From Okamejei kenojei (Eukaryota): a stretch of 64,000 bases of DNA. The stretch lies in contig CM069140.1 of the NCBI GenBank assembly GCA_035221665.1, forward strand, positions 2,976,001 through 3,040,000, in the 5' to 3' direction. Positions within the stretch are counted from its first letter, which is position 1, and every line of letters begins with the position of its first letter. Below, in pieces: positions 48,522 through 61,300 of this stretch. Below the pieces are notes generated by a model. That model had not been told where the DNA came from and did no database searches. It saw only the letters and a program-made list of their open reading frames with translations. The translations under genes were made by a program, and so were the position numbers.

Positions 48522-50347
48522 GTACGGTGCTGGATTCACTCTAATGATCACATCTTTTGCCCCGTCACAAAAATAGAGCCAGGCAAGTTTAGCACTGAAG
48601 GACAGGTGTTTGCAGTGTGTCAGTGAGTGAGTGGTAACCAAGAGGCCTAACCAAGAGGCCTAAACTAGAGTCAAGAAGAGTCAAGAGTGTTTTATGTGTA
48701 TATGTCCTGAACGGGACAAGGAAATTCTTACTTGCTGCAGCACAACAGAATATGTGAAATATGTAAACCTAGCGCATAACGGGGGGAAGAGAAAAAAGAA
48801 AAAGTTCAATAAATAACAAATAGTGCAAATAATAAACAATAATATAGTATTTTGCAGTTTCAGAGCTCAGAGCTTATTCATTGTGTTTAATAGCCTGATG
48901 GCTGCACGGAAGAAGCTGTCCTGTTCCTGAATGTTACAGTTTGCAGGCTCCTGTAACGTCTTCCCTGATGCAATTGTGAGATGAGTGTGTGGCCAGGATG
49001 GTGTGAGTCCTTGATGATTTTGGCTGCCTTTTTGAGGCAGCGACTATGATAGATCCCTTTGACGGTGTGGGGAGGTCAAAGCCGGCGATGAACTGAGCAG
49101 TGGTTACAACTTTTTGTAGTCTTTTTTGCTCCTGGACGTTCAAGTTGCCGAATCAGGCCACGATGCAACCAGAACTAGGACACAATGCTAAATATTTCTG
49201 TGCTTTCACAACTTCAGTTTATTCCAAAAACTCCTCAGTAGCCAGGACACTGAGAAGACCAAGCCTGCTGTTCTTCAAAATTAGTGTCACAGGGTCAGTC
49301 CACTTATTGTGTGTTGGCCCTCTGTGTGTGGCATCTCAGACTAGTTGTCTTGACTGCTAATATGAAGAGTGGGGTCGGGTATTTGCACTTGTATAATTAT
49401 TTGTCGACACTGGAACGGAGGTCCATCAGAAAGTCCGTTGTGTGGATGGAGCTGGGGTGGTAACAAGCATGTTGGCATTGGAGTGATCATGGAGCCATAG
49501 ATTTCTACAGGACGGTAACAGGCCCTTCGGCTCAGCTTGCCTTTGCCAACCAAGGTGCCCGATCTACACTCGTCCCGTTCTCCCCGTGTTTGGCCCAAAT
49601 CACTGATCATCTCATGTCCATAAATTGATAGGAGCAGAATTAGGCCATTCAGCCCATCAAGTCTATTCTGCCATGGCTGATCTATCTCTCCCTTCCTAAC
49701 CCCATTCTCCTGCCTTCTCCCCTTGACAAGGGACCAATACTAATCAAGAATCGATCGATCTCTGCTTTAAAAATACCCATTGAGTGGGCCTCCACAGCCT
49801 TCTGTGGCAATTAATTCCTCAGATTCTCTACCCTGTGAGTAAACAAATTCCTCCTCATCTTCCTAGAGGAACCTCCTTTAATTCTGAGGCTATGGTCCTC
49901 GACCTCTCCCACCAGTGGAATCATCCTCTTTACATCCGCTCTATCCAGGCCTTTCACTATTCGTCCTATCCATGTACCTGTCCAAATAACATTTAAACAT
50001 TGTTTTATAGTCATCTGCGTGAACTACCTCCTCCCGCACCCACATTCTATGTACCCAGTGCCCTCAGTGTTGAAAAAGTTGCCCCTCAGATTCCCATTAA
50101 ATCTGTCCCCCCTCACCTTAAACCCATGTCCTCTGGTTTTTGATTGCCCTACTCTGGGTATAAGGAACCTGGTTGTTGTATATCTGTGTGTCTAACCATC
50201 ATCCTGCACTCTGTCAAATGTGGTTATCTCCTCTGTGATATTGTGCCGATGGTAACAAGACCACGTTGTGGTTAGTTGAGCAGTTGCTACTCTTGAGGAA
50301 AAGGAATATCTCTCCAGAACGTCACTGCTATGCTGTGCCTTGTGCAG

Positions 50348-50427
50348 ACTGGTGTTCCAGGGTTCACATCGGTGTACATTACTCAGCCAGGGAGAGAACG
50401 TCAATTGAGAATGAAAATGGATTCTAG
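50348..50427 (+). CDS. Candidate third secretory-tail exon, possibly derived from a C5 5' end (DWCSRVHIGVHYSARERTSIENENGF*)
   Basis: Acceptor ccttgtgcag, phase 1. D-x-C-S start like C5 (DECS). A paralogue of the C6 3'UTR with AATAAA lies downstream (51092-51097). This is inference. Confidence 0.4.
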
Positions 50428-51091
50428 ACCAAATCCATATCAAACATAACTTTTTGGTTAAACATAACTGGTTGCATCATGGCTTGGTTCGGCAACTTGA
50501 ACGTCCAGGAAGGGAAAAGAATGCAGAAAGTTGTGACCACTGCCCAGTCCATCATCGGCTCTGACCTCCCCACCATCGAAGGGATCTATCGCAGTCGCTG
50601 CCTCAAAAAGGCTGCCAACATCATCAAAGACCCACTCCATCCTGGCCACACACTCATCTCTCCGTTGCCATCGGGAAGAAGATAAAGGAGCTTGAAATTT
50701 GGAACATCCAGGTTCAGGAATAGGCAATTCCCCAGAGCTATCAGGCCATCAAACAAACTCTGAACAATAACAGCCTATTGCACTTTTATCTGTTTATTTA
50801 TTGTGTATATATATATGGTCTATGGTCTATAGACACACTGAACTTGTATCTCCTGTTCTGTATTATGTTTACATATTCTGTTGTGCTGCAGCAAGCAAGA
50901 ATTTCATTGTCCTATCTGGGACACGTGACAATAAAACTCTCTTGGCTCTTGAAACATCAATTACCAAAGTTTCAGAGAACTTGCAGTTTGTACGAAAACG
51001 TCTTTGTGTCAGGTCTGATCCTGCTAGAAACCTGTAGAGACCCCACGAGAGGCTACATGTGTGTTTGTGTCAATGTAACCTATCAATGTTC

Positions 51092-51097
51092 AATAAA
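51092..51097 (+). terminator. PolyA signal within a paralogue of the C6 3'UTR
   Basis: 51028-51097 resembles 45721-45790, sharing tgtgtcaatgta and gttcaataaa; GT-rich sequence follows. Confidence 0.55.
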
Positions 51098-51769
51098 GAA
51101 TAGACATGTAGTGTTGGAGTTGGTGTTCCCTGTTGGTGCGTTTTGGGAGGTGTTGCCAAGTTGGAGGGGAACAGGTGACCTGGATCTAAGATTGCACATT
51201 GTCTTTCACTCTATATATTTCTAGAGATTATGTAGATATACATGTATTAGTCTCCTCCGTCCAAAGAATAGAACATTCTGAAGGAGGGTCTCAACCTGAA
51301 ACGCACCCATTCCTTCTACCTTGAGATGCTGCATGTCCTACAGAGTTACTCCAGGAATTTTGTGTCGATCTTCGGTATAAACCAGCATGTGCAGTTCCTT
51401 CCCACACATTCCTGATGAACCTTTCTGGTCTTTAAAATATTCAAAGCTAAAGAATAGGGAAAGGTGTTTTGATCATCTTTGTGAATGCATTTGATAAACT
51501 CATTCAGAAAGTGGAATGTTACAGAAGGAAGGGCCAGTGATGAGCTTTGCCTGTGGCAATGTGTTCAGGGCTGAAGCTATTCACTATATTTATTGATAGT
51601 TGAGATGTCGGATCGAAAGCCACACGATCAAGTGTGCCACTCACACAAGGCAAACAGAAGTGTCAAAAGAGCATCTGGATAGTGTCCTTGCTGAGATAAG
51701 GATGCATGAAGTGAATGGGCAAATCTGTGGCAAGAACCAGCTCTTTAAATGTGTGTGGACCACACCCAA

Positions 51770-52404
51770 ATAGACAATAGACAATAGGTGCAGGAGTAGG
51801 TCATTCGGACCTTCGAACTAGCACCGCCATTCAATGTGATCATGGCTGATCATCTACAATCAGTACCCCGTTCCTGCCTTCTCCCCATATCCCCTGACTC
51901 CGCTATCTTTAAGAGCCCTGTCTATCTCTCTCTTGAAAGTATCCAGCCTCCACCGCCCTCGGAGGCAGAGAATTCCACAGACTCACAACTCTCTGTGTGA
52001 AAAAGTGTTTCCTCATCTCCGTTCTAAATGGCTTACCCCTTATTCTTAAACTGTGGCCCCTGGTTCTGGATTCACCGAACATCGGGAACGTGTTTCCTGC
52101 ATCTAGCGTGTCCAAACCCTTAATAATCTTATATGTTTCAATAAGACCACCTCTCATCCTTCTAAACTCCAGACTATACAAGCCCAACCCCTCCATTCTC
52201 TCAGCATATGACAATCCCACCATCCTGGGAATTAACCTTGTAAACCTACGCGGCACCCCCTCAATGCCCTTCCTCAAATTAGTCTGGAAGTGGCGGCGCT
52301 GCCTGGCAGCTGCGGCTCACCTGCAGTCCGTCTGTTTTTTTCTTTTCTTTTTGTCTTCTTTTGTATGTTTTAGTTAGAATTTTGGTTTATTAGGCTGTGT
52401 ATGT

Positions 52405-52456
<52 letters not shown>

Positions 52457-53280
52457 GAGAAACAGGGTTTTAGTCTCTCCCTTCGGGGGGATGCGACTTT
52501 TCTTGTCGTGTCCCCGTCACCATCTCCGTCTGTGCTGAGGCCTAATGGCGGAGCTGGCGGCCTCGGAGCTATGGCGGCGTTTAAGCGTTCCAGCGGCGGC
52601 GGCGGCCCGGCTTTAGAGCTGCGGTGCTCCAGCGGTGGCGTTCCAGTGGCGACCCGGCTTCAGAGCTGTGGTGCTCCCAGCGGTGGCGTCCCAGCAGTGG
52701 CGTTCCAGCGGCGACCTGGCTTCAGAGCTGAGGTGCTCCAGCGTTCCAGCGGCGGACCCTGCTTCAGAGCTGTGGCGGTGTTCCAGCGTTCCGGCAATGG
52801 CGGTGGCGGCAGCCCGGCTTCGGAGGCTCGGCCGCGGGCCTAGTGGACGATAACATCGGAGGCCTAGATCGCCTCAGCGCAGAGGGAGAACAAGAAGGGA
52901 AGAAGACAAAGACTTTAAGACTTTTGCCTTCCACCACAGTGAGGAGGTGGCTGGTGACCTCACTGTGGTTGATGTTAAATATGTGTTTATTGTGTGTTTT
53001 GTTTTTTATTATATGTTATGACTGCAAGGTAATGAAATTTCGTTCAGACCGAAAGGTCTGAATGACAATAAAGGATACTTTACTTACTTTTCTTTACTTT
53101 ACTTTATTAGGGGACCAAAACTGCACACAATGCCCCAGGTGTGGTCTCACTAGGGCCCTGTACAACTGCAGAAGGACCACTTTGCTCCCAGACTCAACTC
53201 CTCTTGTTATGAAGGCCAACATGCCATTCACTTTCTTCACTGCCTGGTGTACCTACCTGCATGCTTACTTTCATGATGCT
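51770..53280 (-). mobile_element. CR1 3' fragment split by a nested + strand non-LTR insertion (~52283-53105)
   Basis: CR1 sequence cctcaaattag|gggaccaaaactg is interrupted with ATTAG duplicated. The insert is GC-rich with internal tandem repeats and ends in acaataaa plus a (TACTT)n tail. Confidence 0.75.
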
Positions 53281-54204
53281 GAATAAGTTGTCATTTAGAA
53301 CGCTAAAGGAAGATTTGTTTGATGTTTTCACAAAGTTAATGGGAGCTAACGGAATAGATTTTCCTGGGAAGATCTATTTACACACCTCCACATTCAGAGC
53401 CAATTTCTTCCCAGCTGTTATCAGGCAACTGAATCATCCTACCACAACCAGAGAGCGGTCCTGAACTACTATCTCCCTCACTGGAGACCCTCGGACTATC
53501 TTTGATCGGACCTTACTGGCTTTACCTTGCACTAAACATTAATCCTTTATCATGTATGTATACACTGTGAATGACTCATTTGTAATCATGTTTTGTCTTT
53601 CCGCTGACTGGTTAGCACGCAACAAAAGCTTTTCACTGTACCTCGGTACACGTGACAATAAACTAAACTAACTAGATGAGGAGGAATTATTTTTTAGTTG
53701 TGTACAGTGCTCCCTGGGTTACAAATGATCTCCCTGATTTATGGAGATCCAACTTTATACAAAGTACAGGGTCTAAAACTTAGAGGCAGCCATGCTATAT
53801 GGAAGTGGGTCATGGTGTCTGAAGAACGGTCTCGATGCGAAACCTCACCCATTCCTTCTCTCCAGAGATATTGCCTGTCCCACTGAGTTACTCCAGCTAT
53901 TTTGTGTCTATCAGAGGTTCATGGAAGTTTGGAATTGCCTTCCACAGTTCGCATTTGGTTCCAGGTCTGAAGGTGATTTTAAATCTGAGATTGCAGAGTT
54001 TGACTATACGAGATGTTAATGGATGTGGGGTAAAGTCAGGTCAGTGGAGCTGGTGATAGATCTCCACATATCATTGAACGGTGGAACTGACCCAAGCCTC
54101 CTGTCTTCCTGTCCTCCTGTTGTCTTCATTTTATTCACACGTTGTTGATCTTTACAAAACATCCGCGGCAAACTAACTGTCTCACCTTCTCATTTGTCCT
54201 GAAG

Positions 54205-54347
54205 CCGGCACAGACTTTACAGGAGAGGAAGGGAAGGCGGAGCCGGGGGACTTGGATGGAGATGACAATGTGGTCACAGTTGCTGCCTTCGCCATCCTGT
54301 TCATTATCAGTTTTTACCTCTACAGTACCTTCGTCACCGTTGTCAAG
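54205..54347 (+). CDS. IgW: IgW transmembrane exon TM1
   Basis: Acidic spacer AGTDFTGEEGKAEPGDLDGDDN, then VVTVAAFAILFIISFYLYSTFVTVVK (CART-like F..LF..S...YST.VT). Phase-0 donor |gtaaac. An alternative in-frame acceptor exists at 54213. Confidence 0.9.
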
Positions 54348-54459
54348 GTAAACGATGACCAACGACAGAGATACTTTGTGACCCCCCACACTGTGACCGT
54401 CCATTCCTCACTACACTGTTCTCTGACTCTCCAATCCTCACCACACTACGGCCAACAGA

Positions 54460-57400
54460 TGATGCAGTCTGGGACAATAAGGGGCGGGGTGTCAAATGGG
54501 ATAGTCAGGGATGGAGTTAAAGGGAAAGGGAGTGAAGGGATAGTTAATGACCCCAGAATTAACTGGAAAGAAAGCTCACAAAGGGATAGGAGAGTATGGC
54601 CAAGTGTAATAGGGATTGATGTGAAAGGTGAAATGCGTAAGGAATTAAAAGTATTGTATATGAATGCGCGAAGTATAAGAAGTAAAGTAGATGAGCTTGA
54701 GGCTCAGTTAGAGGTTGGTAGATATGACATTGTGGGGATTACTGAGACGTGGCTCCTGGAGGATCGGGCTTGGGAACTTAATATTCAGGGTTATACATCC
54801 TATAGAAAGGACAGGCAGGTGGGCAGAGGAGGGGGGGGGGGGTTAGCTCTGCTAGTGAGGAGATGGAAGGGATGTAATTCAGTCCCTTGTGACTGGTAGA
54901 GTCACTGTGACTGAGTTGAGGAATTGCAAAGGCAAGAAGATACTAATTGGTGTTATCTACAGACCCCCAAATAGTAGCCCGGATGTAGGGTGTAAGTTGC
55001 AGCAGGAGTCAAAACTGACATGTAACAAAGGTAATGCCACTGTGGTGAAGGGGGATTTCAATATTCAGGAAGACTGGGAAAATCAGGTTGGTTCAGGACC
55101 CCAAGAAAGAGAGTTTGTAGCGTGCCTCCGAGAAGGATTCTTAGAGCTTCTAATGGAGCCGAGCAGAGAAAAGACAATTCTGGATTTAGTGTTGTCAAAT
55201 GGACCAGATTTGATAAGAGAACTAGAGGTAAAGGAACCGCTTGGAGGTAGTGATCATAATATGATTAGTTTTAATCTGCAATTTGAGAAGGAGAAGGTTA
55301 AATCGGAAGTGTCAGTGATGTAGTAGAACAAAGGGGACTATGAAGCCATGAGAGAGGAGCTGGCCAAGGTAAACTGGAAAGGGATCTGAGCAGGAATGAT
55401 GGTGGAACAGCAATGGCAGGAATTTCTGGGCATAATCCGGAAGACGCAGGATCATTTCATTCCAAAAAGAAAGAAAGATTCTAAGGGGAGTAGGAGGCAA
55501 CCGTGGCTGACAAGAGAAGTTAGGGATAGAATAAAACTAAAAGAAAAGATGTATTACACAGCAAAGTGCAGCTGGAAGCCAGAGGATTGGGAAACTTTCA
55601 TAGGACAACAGAAGGAAACAAAACGGGCAATACGGGCCGAAAAGATGGAGTACGAGGGGAAGCTGGCCAGGAATATAAGGAAGGACAGTAAAAGCTTCTT
55701 TGATATGTTAAGGGTAAAAGAATAGAAAAGTCAAATGTGGGTTCCTTGAAGACAGACACGGGTGAAATTATTATGGGGAACAAGGAAATGGCAGAAGACT
55801 TCAGATCTATCTTCACTAAGGAAGACACACACAATCTCCCAGAAGTATTGGAGGACATAGGATCTAAGGGGATAGAGGAACTGAAATACATTTTCATTAG
55901 GCGAGAAATAGTATTGGGTAGGTTTAGTGGGGACTGAAGGATGAATAAATCCCCGGGGCCTGATGGACTGCATCCCAGGGTCCTCAGGGAGGTGGCTCTA
56001 GAAATAGTGGATGCATTGGTGATCATTTTCCAATGTTCAATAGATTCAGGATCAGTTCTTGTGGATTGGAGGATATCTAATGTTATCCCACTTTGCAAGA
56101 AAGGAGCGAGAGAGAAAACGGAGAATTACAGACCAGTTAGCCTGACTTCAGTGGTGGGGAAAGATGCAGGTTAATTATTAAAGAGGTAATAATGGGGCTT
56201 TTGGATAGCAGTAAAAGGATTAGTCCAAGTCAGCATGGATTTATGAAAGGGAAATGATGCTTGACTAATCTTCTAGAATTTTTTGAGGCTGTGACAAGTA
56301 AAATGGATGAAGCGGAGCCAGTGGATGTAATTTTCTAGACTTTCAGAAAGCCTTTGATAAGGTCCCGCACGGGAGACTGGTGACAAAAATTAGAGCACAT
56401 GGTATTGGGGGTAGGGTGTTGACATGGATAGAAAATTGGTTGGCAGACAGGAAGCAAAGAGTGTGAGTGAACGGGTCCATTTCAGAATGGCAGGCAGTGG
56501 CGAGTGGAGTGCCGCAAGGCTCACTGTTGGGGCCGCAACATCAATATATATTAATGATTTGGAAGAGGGAATTAGGAGCAACACTAGCAAGTTTGCGGAT
56601 GGTGCAAAGCTGGGTGGCAGTGTGAACTGTGAAGAGGATGTTTGGAGGTTGCAGGGTGACCTGGACAGGTTGAGTGAGTGGGCAGATGCGTGGCAGATAC
56701 AGTATAATATAGATAAATGTGAGGTTATCCGCTTTGGTGGCAAAAACAAGGGGGCAGATTATTATCTCAATGGGGTTAGGTTAGGTAAGGGGGAGGTACA
56801 GCGAGACCTGGGTGCCCTTGTACACTAGTCACTGAAAGTTGGTGTGCAGGTACAGCAGGCAGTCAAGAAAGCGAATGGAATGTTGGCCTTCATAACAAGA
56901 GGATTTCAGTATAGGGATAAAGAGGTTCTTCGGCAGTTGAATAGGGCTCTGGTAAGACCACATCTGGAGTATTGTGTACAGTTTTGGTCTCCTAATTTGA
57001 GGAAGGACATCATTGTGATTGAGGCAGTGCAGCATAGGTTCACAAGATTGATCCCTGGGATGGCGGGACTGTCATATGAGGCAAGATTGAAAAGACTAGG
57101 CTTGTATTCACTGAGGGTTAGAAAGATGAGGGGGGGCTCTTATAGAAACATATAAAATTATAAAAGGACTGGACAAGCTAGATGCAGGAAAAATGTTCCC
57201 AATGTTGGGCGAGTCCAGAACCAGGGGCCATAGTCTTAGAATAAAAGGGAGGCCATTTAAGACTGAGGTGAGAAAAAACTTTTTCACCCAGTGTTGTGAA
57301 TTTGTGGAATTCCCTGCCACAGAGTGCAGTGGATACCAAATCACTGGATGGATTTAAGAGAGAGTTAGATAGAGCTCTAGGGGCTGGTGGAATCAAGGGA

Positions 57401-57525
57401 TATGGGGAGAAGGCAGGCACGGGTTATTGATTTGGGATGATCAGCCATGATCACAATGAATGGCGGTGCATGGCTCGAAGGGCCGAATGGCCTACTCTTG
57501 CACGTATTTTCTATGTTTCTATGTT
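54460..57525 (+). mobile_element. Near-complete degenerate CR1 LINE ORF2 (AP endonuclease + RT) in the TM1-TM2 intron
   Basis: YMNARSIRSK, VGITETWL, GVIYRPPN, GDFN, GSDHN, KSPGPDGLHP, NYRPVSLTS, SKFADGAKL and a CR1 3' tail. Confidence 0.92.
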
Positions 57526-57716
57526 CCTATGGGACCCTTCACATCCCCCTGGGCTTTGAAACTTTCATCTTGTCTACTCCTCTACTCCTGTCCTCTTCTC
57601 CTGTCCTCTGGGCCTCGATACAGCAAACATTCATAGAACGTTGGGTATTTGGGGCAATGACCCTGGGCTCAAACAAGGAAATCAAACAAACATTGTATTC
57701 ATGTCAAATGTTGATC

Positions 57717-58012
57717 GGTACGGTGGCGCTGCGATAGAGATTGCTGCCTTACAGCGCCAGAGACCCGGGTTCCATCCTGACTACGGGTGCTGTCTGTACG
57801 GAGTTTGTACGTTCTCCCCGTGACTTGCATGGGTTTTCTCTGACATCTTTGGTTTCCTCCCAGGTTTGTAGGTTAATTGGCTTGGTGTAAATGTAAAAAA
57901 TTGTCCCTAGTGTAGTGTAGTGTAGTGTAGTGTTAATGTGCAGGGATCGCTGGTCGGCGCAGTCTCGGTGGCTGAAGGGCTTGTTTCCATGCTGCATCAC
58001 TAAACTACAACT
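57717..58012 (+). mobile_element. V-SINE (HE1-like)
   Basis: tRNA-like head, V-domain core and an internal (GTGTA)n tract. Confidence 0.75.
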
Positions 58013-58333
58013 AACAGGGTACTCCCGTATCGGAAACCTGAGTCCAAGTACGGAACCTGTCTTCAGCCCACAACTGGTATTCAACCGTGTATCCCTTAGA
58101 GTTGACCTGGGCCACTAATGAAAGACCACCTGTCCATGAGGGTCCATCTCCTACAAACATGCACAGACCACCAATCCTCGAGGGTCCTAGAAAAGGTGCA
58201 GACCCCCTGTCCATGAGGGTCCATCTCTGAGGTTAAGGACAGACTGTCTGTTATTTAGGTTGCCTGTCCCACAGATCACCATCTGTGCGCACCTTGCCGC
58301 ACACAATGTCTGACTCTGCTGTGTATATTACAG

Positions 58334-58345
58334 GTGCAGCAATGA
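58334..58345 (+). CDS. IgW: IgW TM2 exon (VQQ*)
   Basis: ctgac branch-like motif, then ...tattacag|GTG CAG CAA TGA, phase 0 matching TM1. AATAAA at 58513-58518 and 58852-58857. Confidence 0.7.
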   Translation: MQQ

Positions 58346-61300
58346 CCAGCCGACACACACGCCGCATTCACTCTAGAGATCGCCATGCAGCTGCTGACGT
58401 TGGCAAATGGAGTCTCCCTGTCTTCACTCACTCGCTCGGCAATCCAAGGCTGCCGCACTGCAAACGCTCATTTCAGGAGATAAAACTTGGAAATGCACTG
58501 TGGATGCTGGGGAATAAACCGTGTTGGGGATTGAGGGGGGTGGGTGGGGGGGAGTGGGGGTGTGGGAGAGGAAGGCAGATTTATATTGGGAAAGGGAGCA
58601 GGGGATGGGAATGTGATGAGTGAAGGAGAAGAGGGGAGGTGTGGGAGGGGGAGGGATGCGCTGATATTGTGGAGAAAGGGGCATGGGGTGGGGAGAAGGA
58701 ACAGGAAGCAATGTGGAGGAAGGGGGGGGGCGATGCTTGGGGACTTGCTCAATCACATTTTGTAAAGCAGAAGTTGTTTAACTCATTGTCTGCAGCTTAT
58801 TTTCAATTTTTCTGCTGCACTGCATGTTTTTCATTTGAAATTACATACATAAATAAAAGAAAATAACAAGAACATGAAATGTTTGGAGTTGATCATCACT
58901 TTACTCATCACTATTTAGGGAATTCAGCTGTGGATGTTGCCCAGGACTTTTATGAGGATGTTGCCAGGAACTTTATGTGGATGTTGCCCGGACTCGAGGG
59001 AACTATAGGGAGAGGTTGACTAGGCTGGGTCTCTATTCTATGGAGCGTAGGATGAGGAGGGGTGGACCTCATAGAGGTGTAGAAAAATCATAAGAGGAAT
59101 AGATCGGGTAGATGCACAGAGCCTTTTGCCCAGAGTAGGGGAATCGAGGACCAGTGGACATGGGTTCAAGGTGAAGGGGAAAAGATTTAAAAGGAATCCG
59201 AGGGGTAACTTTTTCACACAGAGGGTGGTGGGTGTGTGGAACAAGCTGCCAGAGGAGGTAGTCCATCGTTTAAGAAACAGTTGGACAGGTACATGGATAG
59301 GACAGGTTTGGAGGCATATGGATCAAGTGCAGGCCCATATTTACTTCCCTTTAACAGGGTGGCACAGTGGTGCAGCAGGTAGAGGTGCTGCCTCATATAC
59401 TCGGGTATGATCCTGACCTCAGGTGCTGTCTGTGTAGTTTGCATGTTCTCCCTGTGACCGCGTGAGTTTTGTCCAGGAACAGTCTGAAGAAATTCCACAT
59501 CACATCAAGCAACTGGGAGCTCATTGCACTGGACAGGCACTCCTGGAGGAAATCCGTGCAGGAAGGGAGCTGCTCGTCACAAAATGAATCTACGCCGTGT
59601 CGCAGAGACAAAGTGACAGCACGGGTAAGGAGAGAGAGAAGGGGGCACCACGACTACCAGCCGCCGCCAGTCTCCACTGCCCACGTTGCACAAGGAGTGT
59701 GGATCGCGGATCGGCCTCTACAGACATCTACAGACCCACAAGTGGACGACCCTATGGAGAGGAGAGGGTAGTCATACTCGTTTAGAGTGACCGCCGATGA
59801 TGATGATGATTTGTCCAGGTGCTCTGGTTTTCTCCCACATCCCAAAGACATACGTGTTTGTACGTTAACTCAAGCTAACTAGGTTATCCCACATTCTTAT
59901 CTATTCCCTGCACAACAGTGTAATTTACAAAAACTGTGGTCAGCGTGCACTTGGAGGGCAGAAGGGCCTATTTCCCTACAATTGTGAATTAGGGGAGGGC
60001 ACCACCAAATGGGGAATTAGGGGAAGGCACCATCAATTATGTTTGTTTGCTCAGGCCACTGTGATCTGTAGATGCTGGTTTACACTGATGATACACACAA
60101 AATGCTGGAGTAACCCAGCAGGACAGGCAGCATCTCTGGAATGGGTGATGTTTCAGGTCGAGACCCTCTCCCGACTGTCTGAGGAAGGGTCTCGACCCGA
60201 AACATCCCCCATTCCTTCTCTCCTGCCTGTCCCACTGAGTTACCTCAGATTTTTGTGTCTAACTTTGTTTGACCCGTCTTTAATAAATTTACATTACCTT
60301 GTGAAAGGCCACTTTCGCAAAGTTTCCACTAGTGGGAGATAGTTAAAGGACGTTCCTTTAGGAAGGAGATGAGGAGGAATTTATTTAGTCAGAGGGTTGT
60401 GAATCTGTGGGACTTATTGCCACAGACGGTCATGGAGGCCAAGTCAACGGCCTTTTTATGGCAGAGATAAATAAATTCTTGATTAGGACGGATGTCAGGG
60501 GTTATGGGGAGTAGGCAGGAGAATGGTGTTGAAAGGGAAAGATAGATCAGCTGTGATTGAATGACGGAGTAGACTAAATGGGCCGAATGGCCTAATTCTG
60601 CTCTTATCACTTACGACATTTCCATGGAATCTGAATCTGCATGGACTTTGCATTTGGTGTTTCTTGTTAAGAAATGGTTGCTAAGCTTTGAAGAGCAAGG
60701 TCGGCTTGGCGGAGCGAGTGTGAAGGAGACAGGAGACGGTTGATGGGTGAATGGCCTTTATTCCTCATTGGAACCGGTTACAACAGCCCCTTCCCTGCAC
60801 TGATCTCTCACCCTGGCAGCGACCCTCAACCCCGACCAACCCCCCGACCTCAGTGCAACACACTGCTGACTCCTGACATTTTACATTCAGACTGACGCCT
60901 GACCTCTTCCCTCGTCCGAGCCCAGCCCTTTAACCTGACTCCTACCACTTCACCTCTGAACTGGCTAGGTCAGGATATCAGGGTGGTCGTGTCTCGGGGG
61001 TAGGAGCCAATCACTCTGACCAGCTGAGCTCTAAACCCCCCTTATCTGACCCCTGACCCTGAGATTCAGTGCAGGACGGGCCTGAGCTCGGGAAGTATAC
61101 TAGATGTGACCTTTTGACATTGGACTCCCACCTCTGACCCCCGTGACCCTGTTTACTGTGACCCCTGACCCCATCCCAGTTCACTGGCAGCAGGTGGTGC
61201 AGGCTGGGTTGACCCTGGGCTGGATGTCAGAGATGAGAGGTTGACCCTGACCGTGACCTGGGGGTCAGTGGAGGAGGTTTGTCGATGGCCGCCTGTTAGC

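Larger units (their letters stand above)
27341..58857 (+). other. IgW: Germline IgW (IgX/IgR) heavy-chain minilocus: L-VH-D1-D2-JH-C exons-secretory tails-TM1-TM2
   Basis: Cluster-type organisation with one V, two D, one J and one C gene. Six-domain long form with IgM-like tailpiece plus a separate Cys-rich short tail, as in chondrichthyan IgW. L, J and C exon junctions are phase-1 GT-AG. Confidence 0.93.

Noticed and set aside
50778-51224. 148-aa ORF with Cys residues and an NVT sequon, resembling a tailpiece
   Set aside because: The first half is LINE 3' tail and the Cys/NVT part is the paralogue of the non-coding C6 3'UTR.
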